Of a stretch of 64,000 nucleotides of DNA, positions 28,881 to 39,184 are shown one piece after another. Source of the stretch: Clostridia bacterium. Lineage in GTDB: Bacteria > Bacillota > Clostridia > Oscillospirales > CAG-272. The position numbers were made by a program, and so were the translations under genes. Below the pieces are notes generated by a model. That model was not told the DNA's origin and did no database searches. It worked only from the letters and a program-made list of their open reading frames with translations. The stretch is from positions 81,439 through 145,438 of the forward strand of contig JAFQKA010000001.1 in NCBI GenBank assembly GCA_017397175.1, in the 5' to 3' direction. Within the stretch, counting starts at the first letter, position 1. Each line of letters begins with the position of its first letter.

Positions 28881-29396
28881 ATGAAAAATAAGTATCTTGA
28901 ATGTGGAAAAATAATAAATACTCACGGCGTTGCAGGCACGGTAAAGGTTGAAAACCGATGCGACACACCCAAAATTTTAGCATCGCTGAAAAGGATATAT
29001 TTTAAGGTCGGGGATCTGTACAGTGAGAAAAAGGTGCTTTCCGGATCTGTCATGGGGCAGTTTGTACTGCTCAAGCTCAACGGGGTGACCGACCTTGACG
29101 GCGCGGCGGCACTTAAAAATACGCTTATCTATGCGGACAGAGAGGATCTGCCCATAGAGGAGGGCGCGGTATTTATAGCCGACCTTATCGGCCTGCCCGT
29201 GATCGACGTGGACGACGGTCGGGAATACGGCAAACTGAGCGAGGTCATCAACCGCGGTGCATCCGATATTTACGTGGTGGATACCCCTGCGGGCGAGCGT
29301 ATGATGCCTGCGGTGGCGGAATTTGTAAAGTCGATAGACGTAGAAAAGGGAATCTTCGTCAAGCCCATTCAGGGTATGTTTGACGATGCGGAGTAA
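28881..29396 (+). CDS. rimM: 16S rRNA processing protein RimM
   Basis: GKIINTHGVAG.VKV, FIADLIGL, GASDIYVV. Confidence 0.94.
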   Translation: MKNKYLECGKIINTHGVAGTVKVENRCDTPKILASLKRIYFKVGDLYSEKKVLSGSVMGQFVLLKLNGVTDLDGAAALKNTLIYADREDLPIEEGAVFIADLIGLPVIDVDDGREYGKLSEVINRGASDIYVVDTPAGERMMPAVAEFVKSIDVEKGIFVKPIQGMFDDAE

Positions 29397-29398
29397 AA

Positions 29399-30109
29399 AT
29401 GAGATTTGACATAATGACCCTTTTCCCCGAAATGACGGACAGGATCTTGGGGGAAAGCATAATCGGCAGGGCACAAAAGAGCGGCGCGGTGGAGATACAT
29501 TCCCACAATATCCGTGACTATTCTCAGGACAAGCACCGCCGTGTGGACGACACGCCTTACGGCGGCGGCATGGGAATGCTCATGGCGGCACCTCCCATCT
29601 ACAACTGCTATGAGGCGGTAAAGGAGATGGCGGACCGGGCATTTGCAGACAAGGGAGAGATAAAGCGGAAGGTCGTTTATATGTCCCCAAAGGGCCGCGT
29701 GCTTACCCAGGCCAAGGCGGCAGAGCTTTCGAGCCTCGACAATCTGATAATCCTCTGCGGTCACTACGAGGGGGTCGATCAGAGGATTGTTGATGAGATA
29801 ATCGACGAGGAGATCTCTATCGGAGATTACGTGCTTACGGGAGGCGAGCTTCCCGCCTGCATTCTGGTCGACTGCATTTCAAGGCTTTTGCCCGGGGTGC
29901 TGTCTGACAAGGAATGTTACGAGAGCGAAAGCATCGCCTGCGGTATGCTTGAATACCCGCAATACACACGTCCTTATGAATTTCACGGTGTGAAGGTCCC
30001 CGACGTTCTTATTTCGGGAGACCATGCCAAAGTGGATAAATGGAGATACGAGAGAGCATTGGAGGAGACTGAGCGTCTCCGTCCCGACCTGCTCTCGCAC
30101 AAGGATTGA
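29399..30109 (+). CDS. trmD: tRNA (guanine37-N1)-methyltransferase
   Basis: VDDTPYGGG.GM, LCGHYEGVDQR, SIGDYVLTGGE, LEYPQYTRP. Confidence 0.98.
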   Translation: MRFDIMTLFPEMTDRILGESIIGRAQKSGAVEIHSHNIRDYSQDKHRRVDDTPYGGGMGMLMAAPPIYNCYEAVKEMADRAFADKGEIKRKVVYMSPKGRVLTQAKAAELSSLDNLIILCGHYEGVDQRIVDEIIDEEISIGDYVLTGGELPACILVDCISRLLPGVLSDKECYESESIACGMLEYPQYTRPYEFHGVKVPDVLISGDHAKVDKWRYERALEETERLRPDLLSHKD

Positions 30110-30156
30110 AATATCCTTTAAGCTACGGTTTTGCCGATGTGCAGAAGGAGGTACAA

Positions 30157-32106
30157 ATGAAAAGGAGACTGGGAAGACGAAGATTTTTGCCGATAGACGA
30201 CGTGCTTGAAGGCAGCTTTGTCATGCGGTTTTCAAAGAAAATATACAATATGTTCTTTTCCGGATTTTTCGGCTCGATCCTGACAGGATACAGCGCCATT
30301 CAGCGGAAATTCGCTCACGGAGCTGTGGCAAAGACCTTCGGAAGCTCGGACAGAGCCGGTGACAGTTGGGAGCGCAACATTTTTACGCGGGCAAGAAGGG
30401 CTGTTATCTCGGGAATTGAGAAAAGCGTTCTTGTGGGCGCTGTGCAACGCGGACTTTACGGACTGCTGTCGGTCTATTTGAGAGTTTACGGCTTTTTTAC
30501 CCTCTATCTCGGCATATCCCTGGCGATAATGAACGTTATTTCCCGAGTAGCCGCGGGCGGAGATTTTTCCATGTGGAGCTTTGCCGTGCCCTTTGTGCTT
30601 ATCTGCGCATCTTTTCCCATGCTGCTTTCAAGACGCACGTTGGGGGCGTCTATTGACTCCAGCGTGATCATGCGGACGCTTGTCTGCGATTTCCTTGGCT
30701 TTACTCACCGTGAGCTGAAGGCGAACAGTGAGCACGGCCCGGGCGGCGCAGGATATTTCAGAGGCGCGCTTCTCGGCGCTTTGGTGGGCTGTCTCGGTCT
30801 TGCTTTGTCGCCTGTTCTGATCTGTCTTGGGATCGCGGCGGTTTTGGCGGCGGTACTTGTGTTTATCCGCCCCGAAATAGGCTTGCTTGGCATGGTGCTT
30901 GTCTGTCCCGTGCTTTCACTTACGGGAAGTCCGACGTTGCTTTTGTCGGCAATGGTCATCTATACCGTGCTGTGTACTCTGGTGAAGATCTTTCTCGGCA
31001 GAGTTTCAATGTCTATCGAGATCGCGGACGTTTTCGTTCTGATCTTTATGGTGGCTGTCGGAATGGGCGGCGTTGTTTCGGTTGGAGATTCGCTCAACTC
31101 GGGACTTATGTACGTTTGCCTCATGGCTGTGTATTTTCTGACCGTATTGTTAGTTCGGACAAGAGAGCTTTTACAGAGACTTCAGATCGCCTTCGTGACG
31201 TCGGGCGTTATTGTTTCTTTGGCGGGCTTTTATCAGCTCGTTACGGGAAATCTTGAGGCGGAGACCCTGGACGCGGCTGTGTTCGGCTCGATCAGCGGGC
31301 GGGTCACCTCAACCTTTGGAAACGCCAACATGGCGGGAGTTTTTCTTGTTATGGTGTTCCCCTTTGCCCTGGCTCTTTTGTTTAGCGCTCGGTCGGGCAT
31401 GGTGAAGGCTTACGGCTTTTTTGCCTGCATGATGATGGGTATCTGCACGATTTTGACCTGGTCACGGGGCGCGTGGCTTGGATTGATATTTGCGGCTGTC
31501 ATGTTCGTCGCGCTTTACAGTCATACCATAATCCCTTTGCTTATTCCCGCAGGTGCGCTGTCCTTGACGTTGCTTTGGGATAAGCTGGGCGGAAGCGGAC
31601 TGTTTTTGAATCTCCTGTCCCGATTTACGAGTATTTTTACCGTGGGTGATACCTCATCGGCTTACAGATTAAGTATCTGGAAGGGTACTCTCAGAATAAT
31701 CGAAGGAAATTGGCTGACGGGTATAGGTATCGGAAGCGATGCTTTTTCCCGTGTGTATATAAAATTTGCCGAGTCGGGCGCAGAGGTTGCGATGCACTCC
31801 CACAATATGTTCCTGCAGATAACTGCGGAGATGGGTGTTCCTGCCCTTGTTGTTTTCCTTGTGTGCATCTTTTTGTGTGTGCAGAGCGGACTTGAAGTGG
31901 TTCGTTTCGGCGGCCCTCGGGCAACGGGCGAGCGGGCTGTCTGCGTAGCGGCTGTGTCGGCTTTGTCGGGCGCACTTTTGCAGGGATTTACCGATCACAT
32001 CTGGTTTAATTTTAGGGTGTTCTTCACTTTCTGGTTCGTCCTTGCCATGATTCGCGTGGCGGCGACTATCGGAAGGAAATACGGAAGCTCACGCTTTGAA
32101 ATGTAA
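30157..32106 (+). CDS. O-antigen ligase/polymerase (WaaL/Wzy_C)-family polytopic membrane protein
   Basis: ATG after AAGGAGG; RVTSTFGNAN, LTWSRGAW, R..IW, GIG, HSHNMFLQ..E.G. Confidence 0.88.
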   Translation: MKRRLGRRRFLPIDDVLEGSFVMRFSKKIYNMFFSGFFGSILTGYSAIQRKFAHGAVAKTFGSSDRAGDSWERNIFTRARRAVISGIEKSVLVGAVQRGLYGLLSVYLRVYGFFTLYLGISLAIMNVISRVAAGGDFSMWSFAVPFVLICASFPMLLSRRTLGASIDSSVIMRTLVCDFLGFTHRELKANSEHGPGGAGYFRGALLGALVGCLGLALSPVLICLGIAAVLAAVLVFIRPEIGLLGMVLVCPVLSLTGSPTLLLSAMVIYTVLCTLVKIFLGRVSMSIEIADVFVLIFMVAVGMGGVVSVGDSLNSGLMYVCLMAVYFLTVLLVRTRELLQRLQIAFVTSGVIVSLAGFYQLVTGNLEAETLDAAVFGSISGRVTSTFGNANMAGVFLVMVFPFALALLFSARSGMVKAYGFFACMMMGICTILTWSRGAWLGLIFAAVMFVALYSHTIIPLLIPAGALSLTLLWDKLGGSGLFLNLLSRFTSIFTVGDTSSAYRLSIWKGTLRIIEGNWLTGIGIGSDAFSRVYIKFAESGAEVAMHSHNMFLQITAEMGVPALVVFLVCIFLCVQSGLEVVRFGGPRATGERAVCVAAVSALSGALLQGFTDHIWFNFRVFFTFWFVLAMIRVAATIGRKYGSSRFEM

Positions 32107-32136
32107 CAGCCATTATACGGCGGAACGGAGATTAAA

Positions 32137-32637
32137 ATGGCAGAAATAAAGAGAAAAAGAAAATTTAATTTCGTTGACCTTGTGCTTGTCCTTGCCATCG
32201 CGGCTATTGCCGTTGCGGTATTCTTTATAGGCAACAAGCTGCTTGGCGGCAACGAGACCGCAGCCTCGGGTGCGGACAAGATACAGGTGGAGTTTTCACT
32301 TCAGTTCAGAGAGATCCCCGATTCGGGAACGGGTAACCTGACCGAGGGTGACGTTATACGCGATGCGAACAGCAAAGCACCTATGGGGCAGGTGACCGAG
32401 ATCTTTTATGAGCCGTATACCGAGCTTCTGCTCTCTGACAGTGAGCAGGGAGTGGGCATTTTGGCCGAGATGGAAGGCTACACAAATATGCTTGTCACCG
32501 TTCGCGGTGAGGCGACCAAGGACGAGCGCGGATATTATCTGGGCGGAGTCAGGGTATTGGTCGGAAAGTCGCTTGACGTATGGTCTCCCGGGTATTCGGG
32601 TGAGGGCTGGTGCGTAGCGATCAGAGAGGTGAAGTGA
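32137..32637 (+). CDS. DUF4330-like membrane-anchored protein
   Basis: KFNFVDLVLVL N-terminal anchor followed by a beta-rich domain. Confidence 0.7.
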   Translation: MAEIKRKRKFNFVDLVLVLAIAAIAVAVFFIGNKLLGGNETAASGADKIQVEFSLQFREIPDSGTGNLTEGDVIRDANSKAPMGQVTEIFYEPYTELLLSDSEQGVGILAEMEGYTNMLVTVRGEATKDERGYYLGGVRVLVGKSLDVWSPGYSGEGWCVAIREVK

Positions 32638-32638
32638 T

Positions 32639-33133
32639 ATGACGGGAAAGAAAAAAATCGGTTTTAATGCCCTGGATCTTGTGATCGTTGTGGTGCTTGT
32701 TTTGTGCGTAGTCATGATAGGCTTCCGCTTTATCCGCTCCTCGGACATGGCGGCGGAAACTCAGACGAGCAAGCACAGAGTTACCTTCCTTATAACCAAC
32801 GTGAGCGATGGAACAAAGGATGCTCTCGTTGCAGGGGACAGCGTTTTCTCTTTGCTCAACGATGCTTATATCGGAAAGCTTGAAGGGATCGACACCATCA
32901 GCCCTGCCTTTGAGTTCCTTGACAACGGGAACGGTTCATTTGAAAAGGTATATTATCCCGACGGGACAAAGGTGGATATTACGGGAACGATCATAGCCGA
33001 GGGGGCTGTGAACGATGACGGATTCTTCGCTTCGGGCAGCTTTTTTCTGTCTCCCGGCAGAACTCTTGAGATCTACACGGGACATATCCAGGTAACTGTC
33101 CTTATCACGGGTATAAGCGAATATGACGAATAA
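32639..33133 (+). CDS. DUF4330-like membrane-anchored protein (paralogue)
   Basis: GFNALDLVIVVVL anchor, GD.V...GK motif, similar length to the upstream gene. Confidence 0.7.
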   Translation: MTGKKKIGFNALDLVIVVVLVLCVVMIGFRFIRSSDMAAETQTSKHRVTFLITNVSDGTKDALVAGDSVFSLLNDAYIGKLEGIDTISPAFEFLDNGNGSFEKVYYPDGTKVDITGTIIAEGAVNDDGFFASGSFFLSPGRTLEIYTGHIQVTVLITGISEYDE

Positions 33134-33328
33134 TAGGGCGTTTTTGTTAAAAATGTACTATGTTTTTTTGAAAAAAGTTCAAAATTCGTCATTTGTCACA
33201 TATAAAATCTGTTGATTTTACGAGAAAAATTTGTTATACTAATTATAATTATAATGGTGGAGCATTCCCTGTGGAAAACGGGATGTTGATCCCTATTTCA
33301 CAAAAGAAAGGTAAGGTCAAACTGAAAT

Positions 33329-33592
33329 ATGATTACTCGCGAAGTTAGCATTACAAATAAAGTCGGTCTCCATGCAAGACCCGCTACTTTCTTTATCCAG
33401 AAGGCGAACAGCTACAAGAGCGTTATTTGGGTAGAAAAGGACGAGAGACGAGTAAACGCAAAGAGCCTTCTTGGTATTCTTTCTCTGGGCATTTCTCAGG
33501 GCATGAATATTACCATCATCGCTGACGGACAGGACGAGACCGAGGCAGTTGACGGACTGGCTGAGCTTATAAATTCAGGTCTCGCAGAATAA
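33329..33592 (+). CDS. ptsH: Phosphocarrier protein HPr
   Basis: GLHARPA (His15), VNAKSLLGILSL (Ser46). Confidence 0.95.
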   Translation: MITREVSITNKVGLHARPATFFIQKANSYKSVIWVEKDERRVNAKSLLGILSLGISQGMNITIIADGQDETEAVDGLAELINSGLAE

Positions 33593-33629
33593 AACAGTAT
33601 ACTTTGATCCCGATGTAAGGGTATGAAGG

Positions 33630-33663
33630 ACGGCGGTGGTGCTTTGCATGACCGCCGTTTTTC
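33630..33663 (+). terminator. Intrinsic terminator after ptsH
   Basis: ACGGCGGT...ACCGCCGT plus T run. Confidence 0.7.
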
Positions 33664-33707
33664 TTGCCATATGCGAAAAAACACGAAAAAGAAAGGAGAG
33701 ACAGAAT

Positions 33708-35531
33708 ATGGACAGACTTCAAAGATTGCTTGAAAAAGCCAATACCCTGCCTCTCTGCCCCGGGGTCTACATTATGCGCGACCGATGGGGAAAGGTCATT
33801 TACGTCGGAAAGTCGCGGAAGCTCAAAAACAGGGTCTCCCAATACTTTCAAAGCGGTGAAAAGAATCTTAAAACCGCTAAAATGGTGTCGCTGGTGGAGG
33901 ATTTTGAATATTTCCTCTGCGATACCGAGATGGAGGCGCTGACCCTTGAAAACCGCCTCATAAAACAGCACGCGCCCAAATACAACATAAGGCTGAAGGA
34001 CTCGAAATCATACCCTTATATCAAGGTCACCGACGGCCCTTATCCTGCTATCATGTATTCAAGAAAAAGGATCTCGGACAGAGCCAAATATTTCGGCCCG
34101 TATTCGGGTGTGAGCACGGTCTTTTCAATTATAAATCTGCTGCAGAAGACCTTGGGGATACCCTCCTGCAAGAGGTCGTTTCCGAGAGATATCGGCCGTG
34201 AGCGTCCCTGTCTTTACTATCAGATGGGACAGTGCATGGGCGTTTGCACGGGCAAGATAAGCCCGGAGGAATATGCGGAAAGTATCAAATGCGCCGTGAA
34301 CATATTGCGCGGCAACACGGTGCTGGTGCGGCGGGATCTTGAAGCGCAAATGCTTGAATTTGCCGAAAACGAGCAGTTTGAGGCGGCGGCAAGGTGCCGT
34401 GATGCCATTTCTGCACTTGAAAAGCTGTCAGAAAAGCAGAAGGTGGTGGCATCACCCGACGCTGACCGCGACGTTTTTGCCCTTTACTGTGACGAGCAGT
34501 GCGCTTGCATTTCGGTCTTCAATATCCGCCAGGGTGCGGTGACGGACAAAAGCGAATTTTGCTTTGGCGCGGATATGATAGCCGAGGCCGAGGAGATGCC
34601 CGCGTTTATCTGCGACTATTATCTGAAGCGTGAATACGTGCCTCATCAGGTGCTTTTGTCCTTTGATATTTCCGACGAGGACAGAGAGCTGATGAGCGAA
34701 GCTCTCTCGGGCATGGCAGGACGAAACGTTGAGATAAGAACCCCCGAGCGCGGTGAGATGAAGGCTCTTTGCGAGATGGTTTACGACAACGCCCGTGAAA
34801 AGGCGAAAATGTATAAAATAGATGCGGAAAAGGACGATGAGACCCTGGTGAAATTGGCTTCAATGCTGGGACTTGAGGTGCTTCCTCAACGTATCGAGGC
34901 GTACGATATTTCAAATCTTGCATCCGAGCACAAGACCTGCGGAATGGTAGTCATGGAAAACGGAAAGCTGAAAAAGTCGGACTACCGAAGCTTTACCATA
35001 AAGACCGTTGAGGGCACCGACGACTATGCGTCAATGCGCGAGGCGATCTCACGGCGGCTTTCTCATCTCGGAGACGGCACAGGGTCTTTTGCGTCGGTCC
35101 CCGATCTTATCCTGCTTGATGGCGGAAAGGGTCACGTTTCCACCGTTAAGGCACTTATGGAAGAAATGGGTATAGACATACCCGTTTTCGGTATGGTCAA
35201 GGACGATTTTCACAAGACCCGCGCTTTATGCGATGAGGAAAACGAGATAAGCATTGCCCGCGACCGCGGTGTGTTTTCTCTGGTTTACCGACTTCAGGAG
35301 GAGGTTCACCGTTTCAGTGTTTCAAGAATGGACAGCGCAAAGAGAAAGACCCTTACCACATCAACTCTTCTGAAGATCGACGGTATCGGTGAGGCAAAAG
35401 CAAGGGCTTTGCTGAAGCATTTCGGCGGATTGGCGGCTGTAAAGACGGCAAGCGCGCAGGAAATATCCGCAGTCAAGGGAATTTCCGTCTCTGACGGAGA
35501 AAGAGTTTACAAATATTTTCACAAGGACTGA
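33708..35531 (+). CDS. uvrC: Excinuclease ABC subunit C
   Basis: PGVY, IYVGKS..LKNRVSQYF (GIY-YIG), RIEAYDISN, PDLILLDGGKG, HhH C-terminus. Confidence 0.97.
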   Translation: MDRLQRLLEKANTLPLCPGVYIMRDRWGKVIYVGKSRKLKNRVSQYFQSGEKNLKTAKMVSLVEDFEYFLCDTEMEALTLENRLIKQHAPKYNIRLKDSKSYPYIKVTDGPYPAIMYSRKRISDRAKYFGPYSGVSTVFSIINLLQKTLGIPSCKRSFPRDIGRERPCLYYQMGQCMGVCTGKISPEEYAESIKCAVNILRGNTVLVRRDLEAQMLEFAENEQFEAAARCRDAISALEKLSEKQKVVASPDADRDVFALYCDEQCACISVFNIRQGAVTDKSEFCFGADMIAEAEEMPAFICDYYLKREYVPHQVLLSFDISDEDRELMSEALSGMAGRNVEIRTPERGEMKALCEMVYDNAREKAKMYKIDAEKDDETLVKLASMLGLEVLPQRIEAYDISNLASEHKTCGMVVMENGKLKKSDYRSFTIKTVEGTDDYASMREAISRRLSHLGDGTGSFASVPDLILLDGGKGHVSTVKALMEEMGIDIPVFGMVKDDFHKTRALCDEENEISIARDRGVFSLVYRLQEEVHRFSVSRMDSAKRKTLTTSTLLKIDGIGEAKARALLKHFGGLAAVKTASAQEISAVKGISVSDGERVYKYFHKD

Positions 35532-35535
35532 AAAA

Positions 35536-36111
35536 ATGAGAATTATTACGGGAAAAGCCAGAGGGATTCGTCTTGAGACCCTTGAGGGCTTGAATACGAG
35601 ACCTACCGCCGAGCGAGCAAAGGAAGCGGTATTTTCAATGCTTGCCTTTGACATTGAGGGCAGGCGTGTGCTTGATCTTTTTGCGGGATCCGGTCAGATG
35701 GGACTTGAGGCTCTGAGCCGCGGTGCCGTGTCGGCTGTCATGGTTGACTGCGCAAGGGCTGCGGTGGAGATAATAAAGAAAAATACTGCTAAAACAAGGC
35801 TTGAGGGTGCGGAGATCGTCTGCGCTGACAGTATGAACTGGCTTGAGGGAGCGGCGAAAAAAGGGCTGTCCTTTGACATCGTTTTCATGGACCCCCCTTA
35901 TGCCGAAAAGCTTCTTCCCCGTTGCCTCGAAAAACTTCTTCGTGGAAATTTACTGAAAAGCACCTCGCTTATCGTCTGTGAAAGCGGCGCGCAGGAGGAC
36001 TTGTTTTGCGGTGACGAGGCACTTGCCGACAGGTTTGATGTGATAAAAAGCACTCGATACGGGGTGGCTTACGTGAATATTTTGAAAGTGAAATCGAGAA
36101 ATGAAGAATAA
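35536..36111 (+). CDS. rsmD: 16S rRNA (guanine966-N2)-methyltransferase
   Basis: MRIITG, TRPT, LDLFAGSG, FMDPPY. Confidence 0.94.
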   Translation: MRIITGKARGIRLETLEGLNTRPTAERAKEAVFSMLAFDIEGRRVLDLFAGSGQMGLEALSRGAVSAVMVDCARAAVEIIKKNTAKTRLEGAEIVCADSMNWLEGAAKKGLSFDIVFMDPPYAEKLLPRCLEKLLRGNLLKSTSLIVCESGAQEDLFCGDEALADRFDVIKSTRYGVAYVNILKVKSRNEE

Positions 36112-36607
36112 AATTTCCGTACTGCTCCCGGGCAGCTACGACCCTATGACCCTTGGTCATCTTGACGTCATCCGCCGTGCGGCGGAAATATATGACAAGG
36201 TTTTTGTGGGACTTCTCATAAATCCCGAAAAGAAATATATGTTTTCTGACGAAGACAGAATAAAAATCGCCGAGCTTTCCTGCTCGGAGATAGAGAACGT
36301 CAAGGTAGTCTTTTCCGAGGGCTACACGGCAGACCTTGCCCGAGAGCTCGGCTGTACGGCCATCGTCAAGGGCATACGCAACGAAAAAGACCTTGAATAC
36401 GAGAGGGGAATGGCGCGCTTCAACGAAGAACGCGTTCCGGGGCTGAAGACCGAATTTTTGCCCGCAGGCGAAGAATTTCGGGACGTAAGTTCAACCTCGG
36501 TTCGTCAGCTTCTTCTTGACGGAAGACTTGACGAGGCGAAAAAATACTTGCACAGATCGGTGGCAAACGCGCTGATCTCGGGAGAGATAAAATATGCAAA
36601 CAGTTAA
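36101..36607 (+). CDS. coaD: Phosphopantetheine adenylyltransferase
   Basis: PGSYDPMTLGHLD, IVKGIR...D..YE, VSSTSVR. Confidence 0.95.
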   Translation: MKNKISVLLPGSYDPMTLGHLDVIRRAAEIYDKVFVGLLINPEKKYMFSDEDRIKIAELSCSEIENVKVVFSEGYTADLARELGCTAIVKGIRNEKDLEYERGMARFNEERVPGLKTEFLPAGEEFRDVSSTSVRQLLLDGRLDEAKKYLHRSVANALISGEIKYANS

Positions 36608-37886
36608 TATTGGAAAGGGCAGGCTGCTCTGCGTGAACACCGACAAGTTCAAGAGCGAGCTTCTGACGGTGACACAGGCATCTCCCTTTGATCGTCGCGA
36701 CATGGGACTTTGCTCTCTGCTATGCAACGTGCTCAAGCGGGGGTGCAGGGAATATCTGACCACGGCTGACATCAACCGCCGTCTGGACGACCTGTACGAT
36801 GCAAATATCACAATGGGCTGCTCCACAAACGGCGACAGTTTTCTGTCGGGTGTGACTGTGGAGACCCTTTGCCGTGATTTTATTCATGACGGTACGGACG
36901 TGCTATCTGGCGCCCTTGACGCGGTGGCGCGGCTGATGACCGAGCCGCTTGTCGACGAAAAGGGACTTTTTCGCGCCGAATACGTGGAGGGTGAAAAGCA
37001 GGCGCGGCTTGACCGAGTCCGCTCCGCTAACAGCAACCCCAAGACCCGTTCGTCTCTTATTTGTCAGGATCTTATGTTCGAGGGAGAACGATACGGACAG
37101 CGGATCTTTTACCATGAAGACGAAATAAAGAACGTCAAAAACTCCGACATAGCGGATTATTATAAAAAGAGCCTGTCCGTGTCATCACCTCTGTACATAT
37201 ACGTAGGCCCCCGTTCGCAGGCGGAGGTAGGTGAACTGATCAACGAAAAGCTGTCTTTTTTTGACGGCGACGGTGATTCCTTTTGCGACACTCTTATAAA
37301 ACCCTGTTGTGGCGAGATGAAAACGGGCTTTGACAGCATGGCGGTGAATCAGGGCAAGCTGACCTTGGGTCTGCGGAGCGATATTTCCATTGGGAATGAC
37401 GACGTTTATGCCGCGCTTGTCTTCAACGATATCTTCGGCGGGTCTCCCGCATCAAAGCTGTTCAGAAACGTAAGAGAAAAGCTGAGCCTTTGCTATTCCT
37501 GCGGCTCGTCTTACGACTTTACAAAGGGCGTTATTTTCGTCCGATCCGGTATCGCAAACGAGAACTACGACCGCGCCCTGAACGAAATATTGCGCCAGCT
37601 TGAGGATATCAAGAAAGGGAAGATTTCGGAATTTGAGTTTGAGTCCGCCAAGAAGGCACTTGTCAGCTCTTATCGCCAGGTGACCGACTCGGCTTATGCA
37701 ACAGAGAGCTTCTTCCGCACGAGAATCCTGTGCGGTTGCACCGACGGAATAGAGGAAACGGCACGAAAGATCGAGCAGGTGACGCTGTCCGACGTTGTTG
37801 AGGCGGCTCAACGCTTTGGAGCAGAGGCGGTTGGCTTTGTTCGGGGTGAGCTTGATGGTGAGGAGGTCGATTTCGATGAAGAATGA
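36594..37886 (+). CDS. M16 peptidase, inactive subunit (YmfF-like)
   Basis: TDKFKS, IFGG.P.SKLF.NVREKLSLCY; lacks HxxEH. Confidence 0.85.
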   Translation: MQTVNIGKGRLLCVNTDKFKSELLTVTQASPFDRRDMGLCSLLCNVLKRGCREYLTTADINRRLDDLYDANITMGCSTNGDSFLSGVTVETLCRDFIHDGTDVLSGALDAVARLMTEPLVDEKGLFRAEYVEGEKQARLDRVRSANSNPKTRSSLICQDLMFEGERYGQRIFYHEDEIKNVKNSDIADYYKKSLSVSSPLYIYVGPRSQAEVGELINEKLSFFDGDGDSFCDTLIKPCCGEMKTGFDSMAVNQGKLTLGLRSDISIGNDDVYAALVFNDIFGGSPASKLFRNVREKLSLCYSCGSSYDFTKGVIFVRSGIANENYDRALNEILRQLEDIKKGKISEFEFESAKKALVSSYRQVTDSAYATESFFRTRILCGCTDGIEETARKIEQVTLSDVVEAAQRFGAEAVGFVRGELDGEEVDFDEE

Positions 37887-39183
37887 CAGAATTTTGCACG
37901 AAAGTCTTCTTTTGCAGGAAAAATACTATGAATATACTCACAAAAGTGGCTTGAAGGTCTACGTTTTCCCAAAGAAAATGACCAATACCTACGCGCTTTT
38001 TGCCACGAAATACGGTTCGATCGACAACAGCTTCCGATTGGAGGGAGACGACAAATATACCGAGGTCCCTCAGGGAATTGCACATTTCCTTGAGCACAAA
38101 ATGTTCACAGCCCCCGACGGAAGCGACGCTTTCGACCGCTTTGCCCTTTACGGCGCGGACGCGAATGCTTACACGTCTTACGACAAAACGGTCTATCTGT
38201 TTTCATGCAGTGAAAATTTCGAGCATTGTTTTGATGAGCTGATAGAATTTGTTACCCACCCTTATTTTACGCGGGAAACGGTCGAAAAGGAGCAGGGTAT
38301 CATCGCTCAGGAGATACGCATGACCGACGATCTGCCCTCTCTGCGCTCCTATTACGGAATGCTCCGCGGACTTTACTCGGTTCACCATATAAGAAATAAT
38401 ATCTGCGGCACGGTCGAGAGTATTTCACGCATAACTCCCGAGCTTCTTTACCGCTCAAACGAGGTTTTTTACAGCGCGTCAAATATGGCGATCGTGGTTT
38501 GCGGTGACGTTGATCCCGAGAAGATTTACGCGCAGGGATGCGCGAACATAGGTGACGGCTTTGGCGTGTGCCGCGCTATCGAAAGACAGCGCCCTGCAGA
38601 GCCGACCGAGATCTGTTCTCGCCGCGTGCAATGCAAAATGCAGGTGGCAAAGCCCTTGTTCACAATAGGAATCAAGGATAACAATATTCCCGTAAAGTCT
38701 GCCGATAGGGCGCGCCGTGACGCTATCATGTCAATGATAAACGATCTGCTCTTTTCGCAGACGAGCCGTCTTTACAACTCCCTTTACGAGGAAGGGCTGA
38801 TATCCCCCGACATGACAAGCTCTTACACCATATCGGAAAGCTTCGCGTTCCATTCTGTCAGCGGCGAGAGCTATTGCCCCGAGACGGTTTTTGACCGGGT
38901 ACGCGAATATGTTGAGGATATCCGCCGCCGAGGCTTTGAAAAAGAGGATTTCGAGCGGTGCAGAAAGGTGTTTTATTCCTCCTTTGTGCGTGAGTTCGAT
39001 TCCACCGACGATATAGCGAATAACCTTATTTCTTTTGTATTTGACGGCATTGAAATGTTCGATTATGCGGACATTATAGCTTCCCTTACCTGCGAAGAGG
39101 TGACAGAGACCCTTCGCTCGGACATGAAGGACGAGCTTTTTACTCTTTCGGTGGTTTATCCCTTTGATCATAAGGAGGATTAG
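37876..39183 (+). CDS. M16 zinc peptidase (YmfH-like)
   Basis: ATG 37876 after GGAGG; YGSID, GIAHFLEHKMF, NAYTS, VEKEQGII.QEI. Confidence 0.92.
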   Translation: MKNDRILHESLLLQEKYYEYTHKSGLKVYVFPKKMTNTYALFATKYGSIDNSFRLEGDDKYTEVPQGIAHFLEHKMFTAPDGSDAFDRFALYGADANAYTSYDKTVYLFSCSENFEHCFDELIEFVTHPYFTRETVEKEQGIIAQEIRMTDDLPSLRSYYGMLRGLYSVHHIRNNICGTVESISRITPELLYRSNEVFYSASNMAIVVCGDVDPEKIYAQGCANIGDGFGVCRAIERQRPAEPTEICSRRVQCKMQVAKPLFTIGIKDNNIPVKSADRARRDAIMSMINDLLFSQTSRLYNSLYEEGLISPDMTSSYTISESFAFHSVSGESYCPETVFDRVREYVEDIRRRGFEKEDFERCRKVFYSSFVREFDSTDDIANNLISFVFDGIEMFDYADIIASLTCEEVTETLRSDMKDELFTLSVVYPFDHKED

Positions 39184-39184
39184 T

